A stretch of DNA of 63,643 bases from Catajapyx aquilonaris. Taxonomy: Eukaryota. The stretch covers positions 62,001 to 125,643 of the forward strand of contig JYFJ02001638.1 in the NCBI GenBank assembly GCA_000934665.2, written 5' to 3'. Position numbers and translations under genes: made by a program. This document shows, in pieces, positions 62,384 to 63,643 of the stretch; within the stretch, counting starts at the first letter, position 1; each line of letters starts with the position of its first letter. Under the pieces are notes generated by a model. It saw only the letters and a list, made by a program, of their open reading frames with translations, was not told where the DNA came from and made no database searches.

Positions 62384-62487
62384 TGGATTCGCACGGGCGT
62401 CATTGCCTTTTGTCGTTGGGTCATTGTGATTCATCCAAACCGCAACGACCAAAAAGACCACAACAGCAACGACGCCAGTGTGAACCT
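62384..62487. mobile_element. Degenerate hairpin element related to the 48046-48107 hairpin
   Basis: Right arm 62468-62487 is identical to 48088-48107. Diverged left arm ggattcgcacgggcgtcatt; inner ttttgtcgttg/caacgaccaaaa pair. Confidence 0.55.
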
Positions 62488-63427
62488 GCTGACCTTTCCC
62501 TCACCTTCGATGGTTGCTGCATCGTTACACATGACTCACTCAGGTACTTCTGTATGCGTGATGCGTGTGCATGGTTTGGTGTCTTCCCCTCTTGGTAATG
62601 TTTCCCCATCATTTTCCTCCCCCCAACCCTACTTTTTGCAAAAGAGCCTTCGGAGCACCGGACATTTTAAAAGTGACTAGTAGAGACGGGTAATGCACCC
62701 GACCTGAACTTGTACGGACGTGACCCGTACCGCTAAAATATCGTTCAAAACATCCCCCCCCCCCCTCTTAAAATACCGCTGCTGACAAAATGTAGAGAGA
62801 AAAAAGCTGCCTCCCAAAACAGTGTATGTATCGTAGTACACACAAATGTACAATGGTCCTGTAGACAAACAAAGATGTCATCAGTATTATTTTTTTCCCC
62901 CCTCCCACAACAATGTCCCTTTTTATGGTGGCCTTTTTTTTGCTGGTGGGGAGATGGAGCAGGAGGCCAACAGTCTTGTTTAAAAAGTGCGTTTGGCACC
63001 GCTGCTAATATGAGGGCTGGTCACGTGCAATGGGAGCCGCCATGTTTGGTCCAGATATGACACGCCCTGATTGGTTCGTGGCGATATGTAATTTGCGCAT
63101 GCGCAGTTTCCGTCTCCCCACTGTCGTCATATCTTGTGTCGGCCACGGAATTATTCCCCCCCCCCNNNCCCCCCCCCCCTCCAAAATATGCTGTGTACAT
63201 AGTTATATATAGACATAAAAAACTGGATGAAAAATGAGTGCAACCAGACAAAAAAAAGCAATGTGATCTAACTAATATATGCATCGCAGCTGTGAGCAGT
63301 AAAAAGGGGAAGAAAGAGTGTGGCTTCATGTTTCTTCATCTCACAAATTCTACTTAAAAGACGATTATTTTTCTCTGACGCATTTTCTTTTTAAAATGAA
63401 AGGGGGGGTTCAACAAAGCAGATGACG

Positions 63428-63511
<84 letters not shown>
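63428..63511. repeat. (ATA)n microsatellite
   Basis: Directly visible. Confidence 0.95.
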
Positions 63512-63513
<2 letters not shown>

Positions 63514-63643
63514 CAAGCTGTAGCAAATACATATTTTTCTGTCGTCAGTAGTAGGTAAAGTGCGGCTTAAGAGACAATGGATCATCAATCACTCGTTGAC
63601 AGCTCACTTCCGGTCTAATCCATTGTTCTCGAACACCTGCTTC

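Overview
Eukaryotic genomic DNA from an animal, most likely an arthropod; this rests on short TTAGG runs, a Fife-type gene and 50-110 nt GT-AG introns. It is a draft assembly with Ns at poly-G tracts. The first 7.7 kb is a compact cluster of five intron-containing housekeeping genes: COG4 (-, runs off the left edge), EMC4 (+), a 50-aa STMP1-like microprotein missed by the ORF track (-), RIOK1 (-) and PPIE/Cyp33 (+). Four of them form two head-to-head pairs. From about 8 to 35 kb there is no recognisable coding sequence, but there are many MITE-like hairpins, a dispersed repeat family and microsatellites. From 35.8 kb a large + strand gene encodes a RIM/Piccolo-family active-zone scaffold (Zn finger, PDZ, C2A), most like arthropod Fife; I could join 16 exons in frame, including one GC-AG intron. 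No C2B domain is visible, and there are candidate microexons, an internal promoter and an early terminal exon. I see no CRISPR array, RNA gene or intact transposase, and no firmly supported novel system. The best leads are the dual first exons of STMP1, intronic hairpin arms in Fife with competing partners 14-17 kb downstream, and a possible C2B-less Fife isoform.
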